Origin: Ilumatobacteraceae bacterium
GTDB taxonomy: Bacteria; Actinomycetota; Acidimicrobiia; Acidimicrobiales; Ilumatobacteraceae
Assembly (NCBI GenBank): GCA_041685755.1
Contig: JAWLFC010000003.1
Location: 26-64,025, forward strand
Reading direction: 5' to 3'
Length of the DNA: 64,000 nt
Shown here: positions 16,676 through 25,266 of the stretch, one piece after another
How the letters are laid out: the number at the start of each line of letters is the position of its first letter
Position numbering within the stretch: position 1 is the stretch's first letter
The notes under the pieces: model-generated
Told to the model about the DNA's origin: nothing
Databases searched by the model: none
The model's input: the letters and a program-made list of their open reading frames with translations, nothing else
Program-made: the position numbers and the translations under genes

Positions 16676-17320
16676 ATGGACTCGATCGCCCGACGCGCAG
16701 CGATACACGCCGCACTCGGCGAGCCGGCGCGGTTGGCGATCGTGGACGACCTCGCGGCCAGCGATCGGTCGCCGACGGAGCTCGCCGCCCGGCTCTCGAT
16801 GCCGACCAACCTGCTCGCCCACCACCTCGACGTCCTCGAAGGTGTCGGACTGATCGAGCGATTCGTGTCGGCGGGCGACCGCCGCCGTCGCTACGTCCGA
16901 CTCCTGCGGGCGCCGCTCACCCGGCTCGGCGTGGCCACGGCGCCTCCCGCGGGACAGGTGTTGTTCGTCTGCAGCCACAACTCCGCCCGCTCGCAACTGG
17001 CAGCAGCGCTGTGGGCAGCTCGCACCGGCGGGCTGGCGACGTCCGCCGGCACGCACCCCGCCGATCGCGTCCACCCCGGAGCGGTCGCTGCGGCGTCGCG
17101 CGTCGGGCTCGATCTCGGCAGCGCCGAGCCCCGCACGCTCGATGCCGACGAGCACGCCGATCTCGTCGTGACCGTGTGCGACCAGGCGCACGAGGAACTC
17201 GATCCCGAACCGGGTTGGTGGCACTGGTCGCTGCCCGACCCGGTCGAGGACGGCCGCGCCGCGGCGTTCGACGCCGTGATCACCGAACTCGACGACCGCA
17301 TCCGCGCGGTTGCGAACTGA
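16676..17320 (+). CDS. ArsR-type HTH domain fused to LMW-PTP-type arsenate reductase domain
   Basis: N-terminal LGEPARLAIVDDL...LLAHHLDVLEGVGLIER (wHTH). C-terminal VLFVCSHNSARSQLAAAL (CX5R P-loop) and VVTVCDQA. Confidence 0.8.
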   Translation: MDSIARRAAIHAALGEPARLAIVDDLAASDRSPTELAARLSMPTNLLAHHLDVLEGVGLIERFVSAGDRRRRYVRLLRAPLTRLGVATAPPAGQVLFVCSHNSARSQLAAALWAARTGGLATSAGTHPADRVHPGAVAAASRVGLDLGSAEPRTLDADEHADLVVTVCDQAHEELDPEPGWWHWSLPDPVEDGRAAAFDAVITELDDRIRAVAN

Positions 17321-17344
17321 GCGAGAAGAGAAAGAGGAACCGCG

Positions 17345-18007
17345 ATGACCGACGATCGGGTCGAACTCACCACCGAAGAGATCATGTTGATCCGCCAAGG
17401 TGCGGAGCGGCTGCGCCACCAGTTCGAGGGCACGTTCAACGTGGAGACCATCGAGCGGTACATGCTCGACTCCCAGGAGCTGCTGCAGGCAAAGGCGAAG
17501 TTCACGAAGTGGCTGCCGCTACTGATCGAGCGCCTCACCCGCGACCGGCTGCGCGCGCTGACGCGCCTCGAAAACGGCAGCAACGCCAAGCCGGCGGTGT
17601 TGTTCCTGTGCGTCCACAACGCCGGACGCTCGCAGATGGGTGCCGGCTGGTTGCACCACCTCGCCGGTGACACCGTCGACGTGTTCTCCGGTGGCACCGA
17701 TCCTGGCATCGAACTGAACGCTGCTGCGGTCGCGGCGATGGCCGAGGTCGGCATCGACATCGGTGGCGAGCTGCCGCAACCGTGGACCGACGAGATCGCT
17801 CGTGCCGTGGACGTGATCGTCTCCATGGGGTGCGGCGACGCCTGTCCGATCTACCCGGGCAAGCGCTACGAGGAGTGGGACCTGGGCAGCCCGTCCGGCC
17901 AGCCGATCGAGGTGGTACGCGAGATCCGCGACGACGTCCGCACCCGAGTCGAAGCACTGATCGCCTCGCTCGGACTCGGCGTCACGATCCCGGAACCGCA
18001 ACGGTGA
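17345..18007 (+). CDS. arsC: arsenate reductase (LMW-PTP/thioredoxin-coupled type) with ~80-aa N-terminal helical extension
   Basis: Motifs [15 protein letters not shown] (CX5R) and SMGCGDACP (the Cys pair of Trx-coupled ArsC). N-terminal extension [21 protein letters not shown].... Confidence 0.85.
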   Translation: MTDDRVELTTEEIMLIRQGAERLRHQFEGTFNVETIERYMLDSQELLQAKAKFTKWLPLLIERLTRDRLRALTRLENGSNAKPAVLFLCVHNAGRSQMGAGWLHHLAGDTVDVFSGGTDPGIELNAAAVAAMAEVGIDIGGELPQPWTDEIARAVDVIVSMGCGDACPIYPGKRYEEWDLGSPSGQPIEVVREIRDDVRTRVEALIASLGLGVTIPEPQR

Positions 18008-19056
18008 GCACCAGGATCGGCATCAACGGGTTCGGCCGCATCGGTCGGCTGGTCGTGCGCGCCCTGCGCGAGCAGTCCGGTCTCGAGCTCGTGCACGTGA
18101 ACGAACCGTTCGCCGACGTCGCAACGGCGGCGCATCTGTTGGAGTTCGACACGGTCCACGGGCGCTACGCCGGCTCGGTCTCCGTCGGCGACGGCCAGCT
18201 GGAGATCGACGGAGCCGCGGTCGGCTACTCCTCGATCGCGTCGCCGGGCGACGTGCCGTGGCAGGCCGCCGACGTCGACATCGTGTTGGAGTGCTCCGGC
18301 AAGTTCCGGACCTCCGAGTTGTTGGCGCCGTACTTCGATCGTGGCGTGCGCACGGTGATCGTCGCCGCCCCGGTCAAGGACGACGACGTGCTCAACATCG
18401 TGATGGGCTGCAACGACCACCTCTACGACCCCGCCGTCCATCACGTCGTCACCGCTGCATCGTGCACCACCAACTGCCTGGCCCCGGTCGTCAAGGTCCT
18501 CCACGAGCAGATCGGGATCGAGCGCGGCGTCATCACCACGATCCACGACGCCACCAACACCCAGGTCGTCGTCGACGCACCGCACAAGGACCTGCGACGG
18601 GCGCGCTCGGCCCTCAACTCACTGATCCCGACCTCGACCGGATCGGCCACGGCGATCACCATGATCTATCCCGAGCTGACCGGGAAGTTGAACGGTGTCG
18701 CCGTGCGAGTTCCGTTGCTGAACGCGTCGCTCACCGACGCGGTGTTCTCGATGAACCGCGACGTCACCGTCGAGGAGGTCAACGCGCTGCTGCGCGACGC
18801 CGCCGACGGCGAACTGAAGGGGATCCTGGGCTTCGAGGATCGGCCGCTGGTGTCGGCCGACTACACCAACGACACCCGGTCCGGCATCGTCGACGGCCCG
18901 TCGACGATGGTCGTCGACGACCGCATGGTCAAGGTCCTGATCTGGTACGACAACGAGTACGGCTACGCCTTCCGCATGGCCGACCTCACCGCGATGATCG
19001 CCGGCACGATGGCCGACGGTGTCGGGTCCGGATCGACCGACGAGGGCCCGACGTGA
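18004..19056 (+). CDS. gap: glyceraldehyde-3-phosphate dehydrogenase (ArsJ-associated type)
   Basis: Motifs [11 protein letters not shown] and [10 protein letters not shown] (catalytic Cys). GTG 18004 overlaps the arsC stop, and the gene's own stop overlaps the arsJ start. Confidence 0.9.
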   Translation: MSTRIGINGFGRIGRLVVRALREQSGLELVHVNEPFADVATAAHLLEFDTVHGRYAGSVSVGDGQLEIDGAAVGYSSIASPGDVPWQAADVDIVLECSGKFRTSELLAPYFDRGVRTVIVAAPVKDDDVLNIVMGCNDHLYDPAVHHVVTAASCTTNCLAPVVKVLHEQIGIERGVITTIHDATNTQVVVDAPHKDLRRARSALNSLIPTSTGSATAITMIYPELTGKLNGVAVRVPLLNASLTDAVFSMNRDVTVEEVNALLRDAADGELKGILGFEDRPLVSADYTNDTRSGIVDGPSTMVVDDRMVKVLIWYDNEYGYAFRMADLTAMIAGTMADGVGSGSTDEGPT

Positions 19057-20315
19057 AACTGCGGAACTACGTCCTGGTCACCGCCGGCTACTGGGCGTTC
19101 ACGCTCACCGACGGCGCGCTGCGCATGCTCGTGCTGCTGTACTTCCACGAGCTCGGCTACTCGCCGGTGGCGATCGCCTTCCTGTTCCTCCTCTACGAGT
19201 TCATGGGGATCGTCACCAACCTCGTCGGTGGCTGGGTCGGCGCCCGCAGCGGCCTGAACCGCACGCTCCTGGTCGGGCTCGGCATCCAGGTGGTCGCCCT
19301 CGTCGGGCTCACCTTCCACGACCCGAGCTGGATCGAGTGGATCTCGGTCGCGTTCGTGATGGGCCTCCAGGCGCTGTCCGGGGTCGCCAAGGACCTCACC
19401 AAGATGAGCTCCAAGAGCGCCGTCAAGTTCATGGCCGGCGAGGGCGCCCTCTTCCGTCTCGTCGCCATCCTCACCGGCTCGAAGAACGCTCTCAAGGGCT
19501 TCGGCTTCTTCGTCGGTGCGGTGCTGCTGTCGTGGATCGGCTACGACGCCGCTCTGTGGTCGATGGCGGCGATGATCACCGTCGTACTCGTCGCCGTCGG
19601 CGTGCTCCTCGACGAGGACATCGGTCGGGCGAAGGTGAAGCCCGAGCTGCGGTCGATCCTGTCGAAGTCGGCGGCGATCAACCGGTTGTCGGCCGCCCGC
19701 TTCTTCCTGTTCGCGTCGCGCGACATCTGGTTCGTCGTTGCGCTGCCGATCTTCCTGACCGACGTGTTCGACTGGTCGTTCGAGCAGGTCGGCGGGTTCC
19801 TCGCCGCCTGGTTGATCGGATACGGCATCGTGCAGTCGTTCGCTCCACGCCTGTTGCGCCGCTCGATCGCCAGCGTCGACGCCGAGATCGGGGCCGCTCG
19901 CACCTGGGCGTTCGTGCTCGCTGTCGTCTCGGCGGCGATGGCGATCGGCGTGGCGCTCGACGTCGCGGTCACCGCAGTGGTCGTCGGCGGGTTGATCGTG
20001 TTCGGCGTGGTGTTCGCGATCAACTCGTCGCTGCACTCGTACCTGATCCTGGCCTACTCCCGGGGCGACGACGTGTCGCTCGACGTCGGCTTCTACTATT
20101 CCGCCAATGCCACCGGACGCCTGGTCGGCACGCTCCTCTCGGGCGTGCTCTACCTGTGGGGTGGCCTCGAGCTGGCGCTGTGGGGATCAGCCGCCTTCGT
20201 CGCCGTCACCTGGCTGCTGACCCTGCGCTTGCCGGCGCTCACCACCGACGACGAACAGCGCGAGGACACCTCGACCACACGCCGACCTGCCGGAACGCCG
20301 ACGTCGGACCGGTGA
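19053..20315 (+). CDS. arsJ: MFS transporter ArsJ (organoarsenical/1-arseno-3-phosphoglycerate efflux)
   Basis: Last 420 aa of ORF 18258..20315. Starts [38 protein letters not shown] and is polytopic. Translationally coupled to GAPDH (GTGA). Confidence 0.85.
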   Translation: MKLRNYVLVTAGYWAFTLTDGALRMLVLLYFHELGYSPVAIAFLFLLYEFMGIVTNLVGGWVGARSGLNRTLLVGLGIQVVALVGLTFHDPSWIEWISVAFVMGLQALSGVAKDLTKMSSKSAVKFMAGEGALFRLVAILTGSKNALKGFGFFVGAVLLSWIGYDAALWSMAAMITVVLVAVGVLLDEDIGRAKVKPELRSILSKSAAINRLSAARFFLFASRDIWFVVALPIFLTDVFDWSFEQVGGFLAAWLIGYGIVQSFAPRLLRRSIASVDAEIGAARTWAFVLAVVSAAMAIGVALDVAVTAVVVGGLIVFGVVFAINSSLHSYLILAYSRGDDVSLDVGFYYSANATGRLVGTLLSGVLYLWGGLELALWGSAAFVAVTWLLTLRLPALTTDDEQREDTSTTRRPAGTPTSDR

Positions 20316-20331
20316 CACCCTCGATCGTCGG

Positions 20332-20637
20332 TCAGCCTGCCACGAGGTCGACGCCCAGCACCACGAGCCGACGCCACCGCGCGAACCCGTCGGTGTCGAT
20401 CGTCCAGGAACCGTCGGCTCCGACCACTCCCGGATCCACGTAGACGACGGTGCCCGACACCTCGAACCGCTCCACGCCGTCGAGCAGTTCCGGCGCACCG
20501 GGCTCGGCGACCGGCACGGCCGCGGCACCGCCGCAGCACCCGTGACGACGGCTCGGGCGGACGTGTACCGGTCGACCGGCGAGGAGCGCTCGGGCCGACG
20601 CAGTCAGCTGTGGTGGGGTCACCGCAGCGTCACTCAT
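20332..20637 (-). CDS. 101-aa conserved-looking hypothetical protein with vicinal Cys-Cys motif
   Basis: Last 101 aa of ORF 20332..20883: MSDAAVTPPQLTASARALLAGRPVHVRPSRRHGCCGGAAAVPV...TVVYVDPG...WTIDTDGFARWRRLVVLG. Its ATG overlaps the acr3 stop (ATGA). GC-rich third positions are consistent with coding. Confidence 0.6.
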   Translation of the reverse strand: MSDAAVTPPQLTASARALLAGRPVHVRPSRRHGCCGGAAAVPVAEPGAPELLDGVERFEVSGTVVYVDPGVVGADGSWTIDTDGFARWRRLVVLGVDLVAG

Positions 20638-21764
20638 GTCGCCGGTCGCGGTCGGGTCGCCGGTGTGTTCGGGAACTGGTGTCGGGTCCGGTTGGCGTAG
20701 CGCACCAGGGCCAGCATCAGCGGAACCTCCACCAGCACGCCGACCACGGTGGCCAGTGCCGCACCGGACTGCAGGCCGAACAGGGCGATCGCCGCGGCCA
20801 CGGCGAGCTCGAAGAAGTTGCTGGCGCCGATCAGCGCGCCGGGTGCGGCGACGGCGTGGCGGATCTTCCAGACATGCATCCACCGATACGCCACGGCGAA
20901 GATGAGCACGGTCTGGATCGTCAGCGGAACCGCGATCAACACGATGTGGAACGGGTTGTCGAGGATCACTTCACCCTGGAACGCGAAGAGCAGGACGAGC
21001 GTCAGGATCAACCCGGTCGGCGTCACCACCCCGATGCGCTTCATGAACACGTCGTCGAACCACACCGAGCCCTTGCGCCGCAGCAGCCACAGCCGGGTCG
21101 TGTAGCCGGCCGCCAATGGGATCACGATGTACAGCACGACCGACAGTGCCACGGTGTCCCACGGCACGGCGATGTCGGACACCCCGAGCAGGAACACGAC
21201 GATCGGAGCGAATGCCACCAGCATGATCAGGTCGTTGAGCGAGACCTGGACCAGCGTGTAGGCCGGATCACCGCGGACGAGGAGGCTCCACACGAAGACC
21301 ATGGCGGTACAGGGAGCCGCACCCAGCAGGATGGCGCCGGCCAGGTATTCGCGTGCCAGCGCCTCCTCGATGAACGGCGAGAACACCACCAGCAGGAAGA
21401 ACCAGGCGATCGCGAACATCGTGAACGGCTTGATCAGCCAGTTCACGACGGTCGTGACGACGAGGCCCCGCGGTTCGCGTCGCACCCCCACGATCGACCC
21501 GAAGTCGATCTGGACCATCATCGGGAAGATCATCGCCCAGATCAGGATCGCCACCGGGACCGACACGTTGGCGTACTCGTAACGCGACAACGTGTCGGGA
21601 ATCGCCGGGAGCCACTGCCCGAGCGCGACGCCCACCACGATCGCCAACGCCACCCACAGCGTGAGGTACCGGCCGAAGACGCCGAGGGCTGCGGCGGTGC
21701 TCGGCTCGGCGGCCGTACCACTGGTCGTCACGGCGTCGAGGTCGGATCCATCGCCGGGCGACAT
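20634..21764 (-). CDS. acr3: ACR3 family arsenite efflux transporter
   Basis: Last 376 aa of ORF 20634..22577. Motifs FGRYLTLWVALAIVVG, MIFPMMVQIDF and GAAPCTAMVFVWS (conserved Cys in the TM4 context). Confidence 0.9.
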   Translation of the reverse strand: MSPGDGSDLDAVTTSGTAAEPSTAAALGVFGRYLTLWVALAIVVGVALGQWLPAIPDTLSRYEYANVSVPVAILIWAMIFPMMVQIDFGSIVGVRREPRGLVVTTVVNWLIKPFTMFAIAWFFLLVVFSPFIEEALAREYLAGAILLGAAPCTAMVFVWSLLVRGDPAYTLVQVSLNDLIMLVAFAPIVVFLLGVSDIAVPWDTVALSVVLYIVIPLAAGYTTRLWLLRRKGSVWFDDVFMKRIGVVTPTGLILTLVLLFAFQGEVILDNPFHIVLIAVPLTIQTVLIFAVAYRWMHVWKIRHAVAAPGALIGASNFFELAVAAAIALFGLQSGAALATVVGVLVEVPLMLALVRYANRTRHQFPNTPATRPRPAT

Positions 21765-21924
21765 GATCCCAGTCTGGCGGACGCTGCCGGACGAACCTCG
21801 GCGTACTTCACACAAACCCCCAACGGGTAGCTGTCGGGCACGTTCCGGCTCATCGACGAGTGCTCGACGCTGCAAGACTCGCGGCATCGGACCGTCGTGC
21901 GACGGTCGAGAGAGGGGGACCGAG

Positions 21925-23139
21925 ATGGCATACGGGGGCGAACACGTCGAGATGGCGCCGGTGGAGAACTGGCTGACCGACTGGGACTGGCTCGACGACC
22001 AGTGGGGCGAGAACGCCATCGACATCTGGAACTCGGTGCGCGAGCAGTGCCCCGTGGCCACCACGGAGCGGTACGGACGAGCGTTCATGCCCGTGACGAT
22101 GGAGAGCGTCGCCCAGGTGGCCAACGACACCGAGCACTTCTCCTCGATCTGGGTCAACGTCGGTCGGCCCGACGCGCCCCGACGCCCCGCCCCGCCGATC
22201 ACCTCCGACCCGCCCGACCACCACGGCCACCGGCGATTGCTCCTCCCGGCGTTCAGCCCGAAGAACGTCGCCCCGCTCGAAGCCGACCTGCGAGCGTTCT
22301 GCCGCAGTCTGATCGCGGAGCTCGACGGTGCCGACACCGCCGACGCCGCCGCGCAGTTCGCGCAGCACATCCCGGTGCACGGGATCTGCAAGCTGACCGG
22401 ACTGCCCGAGGAGGACGCCGATCTCTTCCGTGACTGGATCCACCGCAACTTCCAGCTGGCGCCACGCGACAACGCCGTGCGAATCGCGGTCGCCACCGAG
22501 ATGCGCGAATACGTCGACGGGCTGCTGAACGAACGCCTCGCCGACCCCCGCGACGACATGCTGACCACGATCGCCAATGCCGAGATCGACGGCGCACCGG
22601 TCGACTGGGACCTGAAGGTCGGCTACATCAACCTGCTGATCATCGCCGGGATCGACACGACCTGGAGTGCGATCGGCTCCGGCCTCTGGCACTTCGCTCA
22701 GCACCCCGAACAGGTCGCCCGCCTCGTCGCTGTCGACGACGACGACCTGCTGTGGAACACCGCCACCGAGGAGGTGCTGCGGTACTACGCCCCGGTGACG
22801 ATGGCCCGCAAGGTGATCGGCGAGACCGAGGTGGGCGGCTGCCCGGTCCACCCCGGCGACCAGATGCTGCTCACCTTCCCCGCCGCCAACCACGACCCTG
22901 CCGCCTTCGAACGCGCCGACGAGTTCGACATGGATCGCCTCAACAACCGCCACGTCGCGTTCGGGCTCGGCATCCACCGCTGCGTCGGCTCGAACCTGGC
23001 GCGTCTCGAGTGCACGGTCGCCTTCCAGGAATGGCTCCGTGCCTTTCCGAACTACACGCTCGACACCAGCCGTACGACCACCTGGGCCAACGGCCAGGTC
23101 CGCGGCCCCCGCAACATCCCGGTCCTGCTCGACCGCTGA
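21925..23139 (+). CDS. cytochrome P450
   Basis: Heme-binding loop FGLGIHRCVGSNLA, I-helix AGIDTT and an EEVLR (ExxR) motif. ATG 21925 is preceded by AGAGGGGGA. Confidence 0.9.
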   Translation: MAYGGEHVEMAPVENWLTDWDWLDDQWGENAIDIWNSVREQCPVATTERYGRAFMPVTMESVAQVANDTEHFSSIWVNVGRPDAPRRPAPPITSDPPDHHGHRRLLLPAFSPKNVAPLEADLRAFCRSLIAELDGADTADAAAQFAQHIPVHGICKLTGLPEEDADLFRDWIHRNFQLAPRDNAVRIAVATEMREYVDGLLNERLADPRDDMLTTIANAEIDGAPVDWDLKVGYINLLIIAGIDTTWSAIGSGLWHFAQHPEQVARLVAVDDDDLLWNTATEEVLRYYAPVTMARKVIGETEVGGCPVHPGDQMLLTFPAANHDPAAFERADEFDMDRLNNRHVAFGLGIHRCVGSNLARLECTVAFQEWLRAFPNYTLDTSRTTTWANGQVRGPRNIPVLLDR

Positions 23140-23186
23140 GCCCTGTCGACGTTTCGACGAGCGGACCGCGTGCAAGCCTGGAGGGC

Positions 23187-24116
23187 ATGGCCGATCAGCT
23201 GATCCTGCGCGGCATCAGCCACTCCTTCGGAGAGCGACAGGTACTCGACGACGTCGACCTCGTCGTGCCACCCGGGCGCATCGTCGGGCTGCTCGGCCCG
23301 AACGGTGCCGGCAAGTCGACGCTGATGCGCGTGCTGTTCGGCGTGATCGAACCCGACGCCGGCAGCGTGCAGTGGCGCGGCCGGGACGCCACCGACGTCG
23401 ATCGGCGGGGCTGGGGCTACATGCCCCAGGAGCGCGGCCTGTACCTCGACATGCGCGTCCACGACCAACTCGTGTGGCTCGCTCGTCTGCACGGCGTCGA
23501 CCGTGAGACCGCGAGCTCGCGGGCCGCCGACCTGCTGGAGCGCCTCGACCTCGGCGACCGCGGCGGCGACATCGTCAAGGACCTCTCCGGCGGGATGGCC
23601 CAACGGGTGCAGCTCGCGGCAGCGCTCGTTCACCAGCCCGAGGTCGTCGTGCTCGACGAACCGTTCGCCGGCCTCGACCCGGGCGCGGTCGACTTCCTCA
23701 CCGACCTGCTGTTCGAACACGTCGCCGCCGGACGTCACCTCGTGTTCTCGAGCCACCAGCTCGACCTCGTCGAGCACATCTGCGAGTCGATCACGCTGAT
23801 CGACCACGGACGAGTCGTCCTCGACGGCAACCTGCGCGAGCTCCGGGCGGCGAGCAGCGACCGCTACCTGCGCGTCGACGCCACCGTTGAACCGTCGTGG
23901 CTGCCGCCCGGCACCGACGTCGCCGACTCCGGAGTTCGCGTCGGTACCCGGCTACGGCTCGAACCCGACGTCGACGCCGCTGCCGTACTCGATGACATCC
24001 GCCGGCATGCGACCGTCACCGACTTCGCTGTGGAGAGTCCATCGCTGTCGGAGCTGTTCCGAGCTTCGACCACGGCTCGTCCCGAAACGACACCCGAGAC
24101 CGCGGGGGTCGACTGA
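23187..24116 (+). CDS. ABC transporter ATP-binding protein (NatA-like)
   Basis: Walker A GPNGAGKSTL, signature LSGGMAQRV, Walker B VVVLDEPF. C-terminal accessory domain. Confidence 0.9.
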   Translation: MADQLILRGISHSFGERQVLDDVDLVVPPGRIVGLLGPNGAGKSTLMRVLFGVIEPDAGSVQWRGRDATDVDRRGWGYMPQERGLYLDMRVHDQLVWLARLHGVDRETASSRAADLLERLDLGDRGGDIVKDLSGGMAQRVQLAAALVHQPEVVVLDEPFAGLDPGAVDFLTDLLFEHVAAGRHLVFSSHQLDLVEHICESITLIDHGRVVLDGNLRELRAASSDRYLRVDATVEPSWLPPGTDVADSGVRVGTRLRLEPDVDAAAVLDDIRRHATVTDFAVESPSLSELFRASTTARPETTPETAGVD

Positions 24117-25264
24117 TGGCGGGCACCGCCCGTCTCGTCGTCGAGCGCGAGCTGCGCGAGTCGTTCCGCCGCCGCTCGTTCTGGGTTGTCGTCGGGCTGT
24201 TCGTGCTGGCCAGCACGGCGTTGGTCGTCGTGCCCGAGTTCGTCGACCGGGGAGGCTCCGACGAGCGCCGCATCGGCGTCGGCGGTGAGGACGCGGCGTT
24301 CGCCGATGCCCTCGCCGAGCTGGCACCGGCATTCGATCTCGCCGTCGAGATCGACGACGTGTCGAGTGCCGGAGCCGCCCGGGCCGGCGTCGAGGAGGGT
24401 GAGATCGACATCGCGGTCGATCTGACGACCGACCCGGTCGTCGTGATCGCGGAGTCGGCCGACTCGACGGCGGTGACGCTGGTGAGCCAGGCGGTGACGG
24501 TGTCCACGTTCAGCTCACAGCTCGCCGAGGCCGGGCTGACCGACGACCAGATCGCCGGGGTGTTCGCCGCGTCGGACCCGGTGATCGAGGAACTGGAACC
24601 GGTCGACGACGCCCGCCAGGGGGTCGCTTCCATCGTCACGCTCGTGCTGTACCTGATGTTGCTCCTGCTCTCGACGACGGTGGCGAACGGAGTCGCGATC
24701 GAGAAGTCGAACCGGGTCAGCGAGGTACTGCTGGCGATCGTGCCGGCGCGACACCTGCTGTTCGGCAAGGTCGTCGGGGTCGCCATCGTCGGAATCCTGA
24801 CGTTGATCGTCGGGACGCTGCCGATCGCCGTGCGCGCTGCGGTCGGGGGGTCACTGCCCGACGGCACCGGCGCGGCCGTCGCTGCCAGCGCTGCCTGGTT
24901 CGTGATGGGCCTGGCGCTGTACCTCACCGCTGCCGCAGCCCTCGGCGCGCTCGTCGATCGCCAGGAGGAGGTCGGCGCGACGATTGCCCCGCTGTCGGGA
25001 GCACTCATCGTGGCCTACTTCGTCGGTGTGACCAGCCCCGACTCGGTGGTCGCCATGGTGCTCGCCTACGTGCCGTTCACGTCACCGATGGTGATGCCGG
25101 CGCGCATCGCCCTCGGCCAGACCTCGACGGTCGAGTTGGTCCTCTCACTCGTCCTCGGTGTGGTCGCGGTCGTCGTGATGGCCCGCTTCGCCGAGCAGGT
25201 GTACCGCCGCGCGATCGTGCGCACCGGCCGGAAGCTCCGGCTCCGCCAGGTCGTGCAGAGCTGA
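24116..25264 (+). CDS. ABC-2 family permease (NatB-like)
   Basis: 382 aa. One N-terminal TM, a large extracytoplasmic loop, then about 5 C-terminal TMs. Shares 1 nt with the ATPase stop. Confidence 0.8.
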   Translation: MAGTARLVVERELRESFRRRSFWVVVGLFVLASTALVVVPEFVDRGGSDERRIGVGGEDAAFADALAELAPAFDLAVEIDDVSSAGAARAGVEEGEIDIAVDLTTDPVVVIAESADSTAVTLVSQAVTVSTFSSQLAEAGLTDDQIAGVFAASDPVIEELEPVDDARQGVASIVTLVLYLMLLLLSTTVANGVAIEKSNRVSEVLLAIVPARHLLFGKVVGVAIVGILTLIVGTLPIAVRAAVGGSLPDGTGAAVAASAAWFVMGLALYLTAAAALGALVDRQEEVGATIAPLSGALIVAYFVGVTSPDSVVAMVLAYVPFTSPMVMPARIALGQTSTVELVLSLVLGVVAVVVMARFAEQVYRRAIVRTGRKLRLRQVVQS

Positions 25265-25266
25265 CG

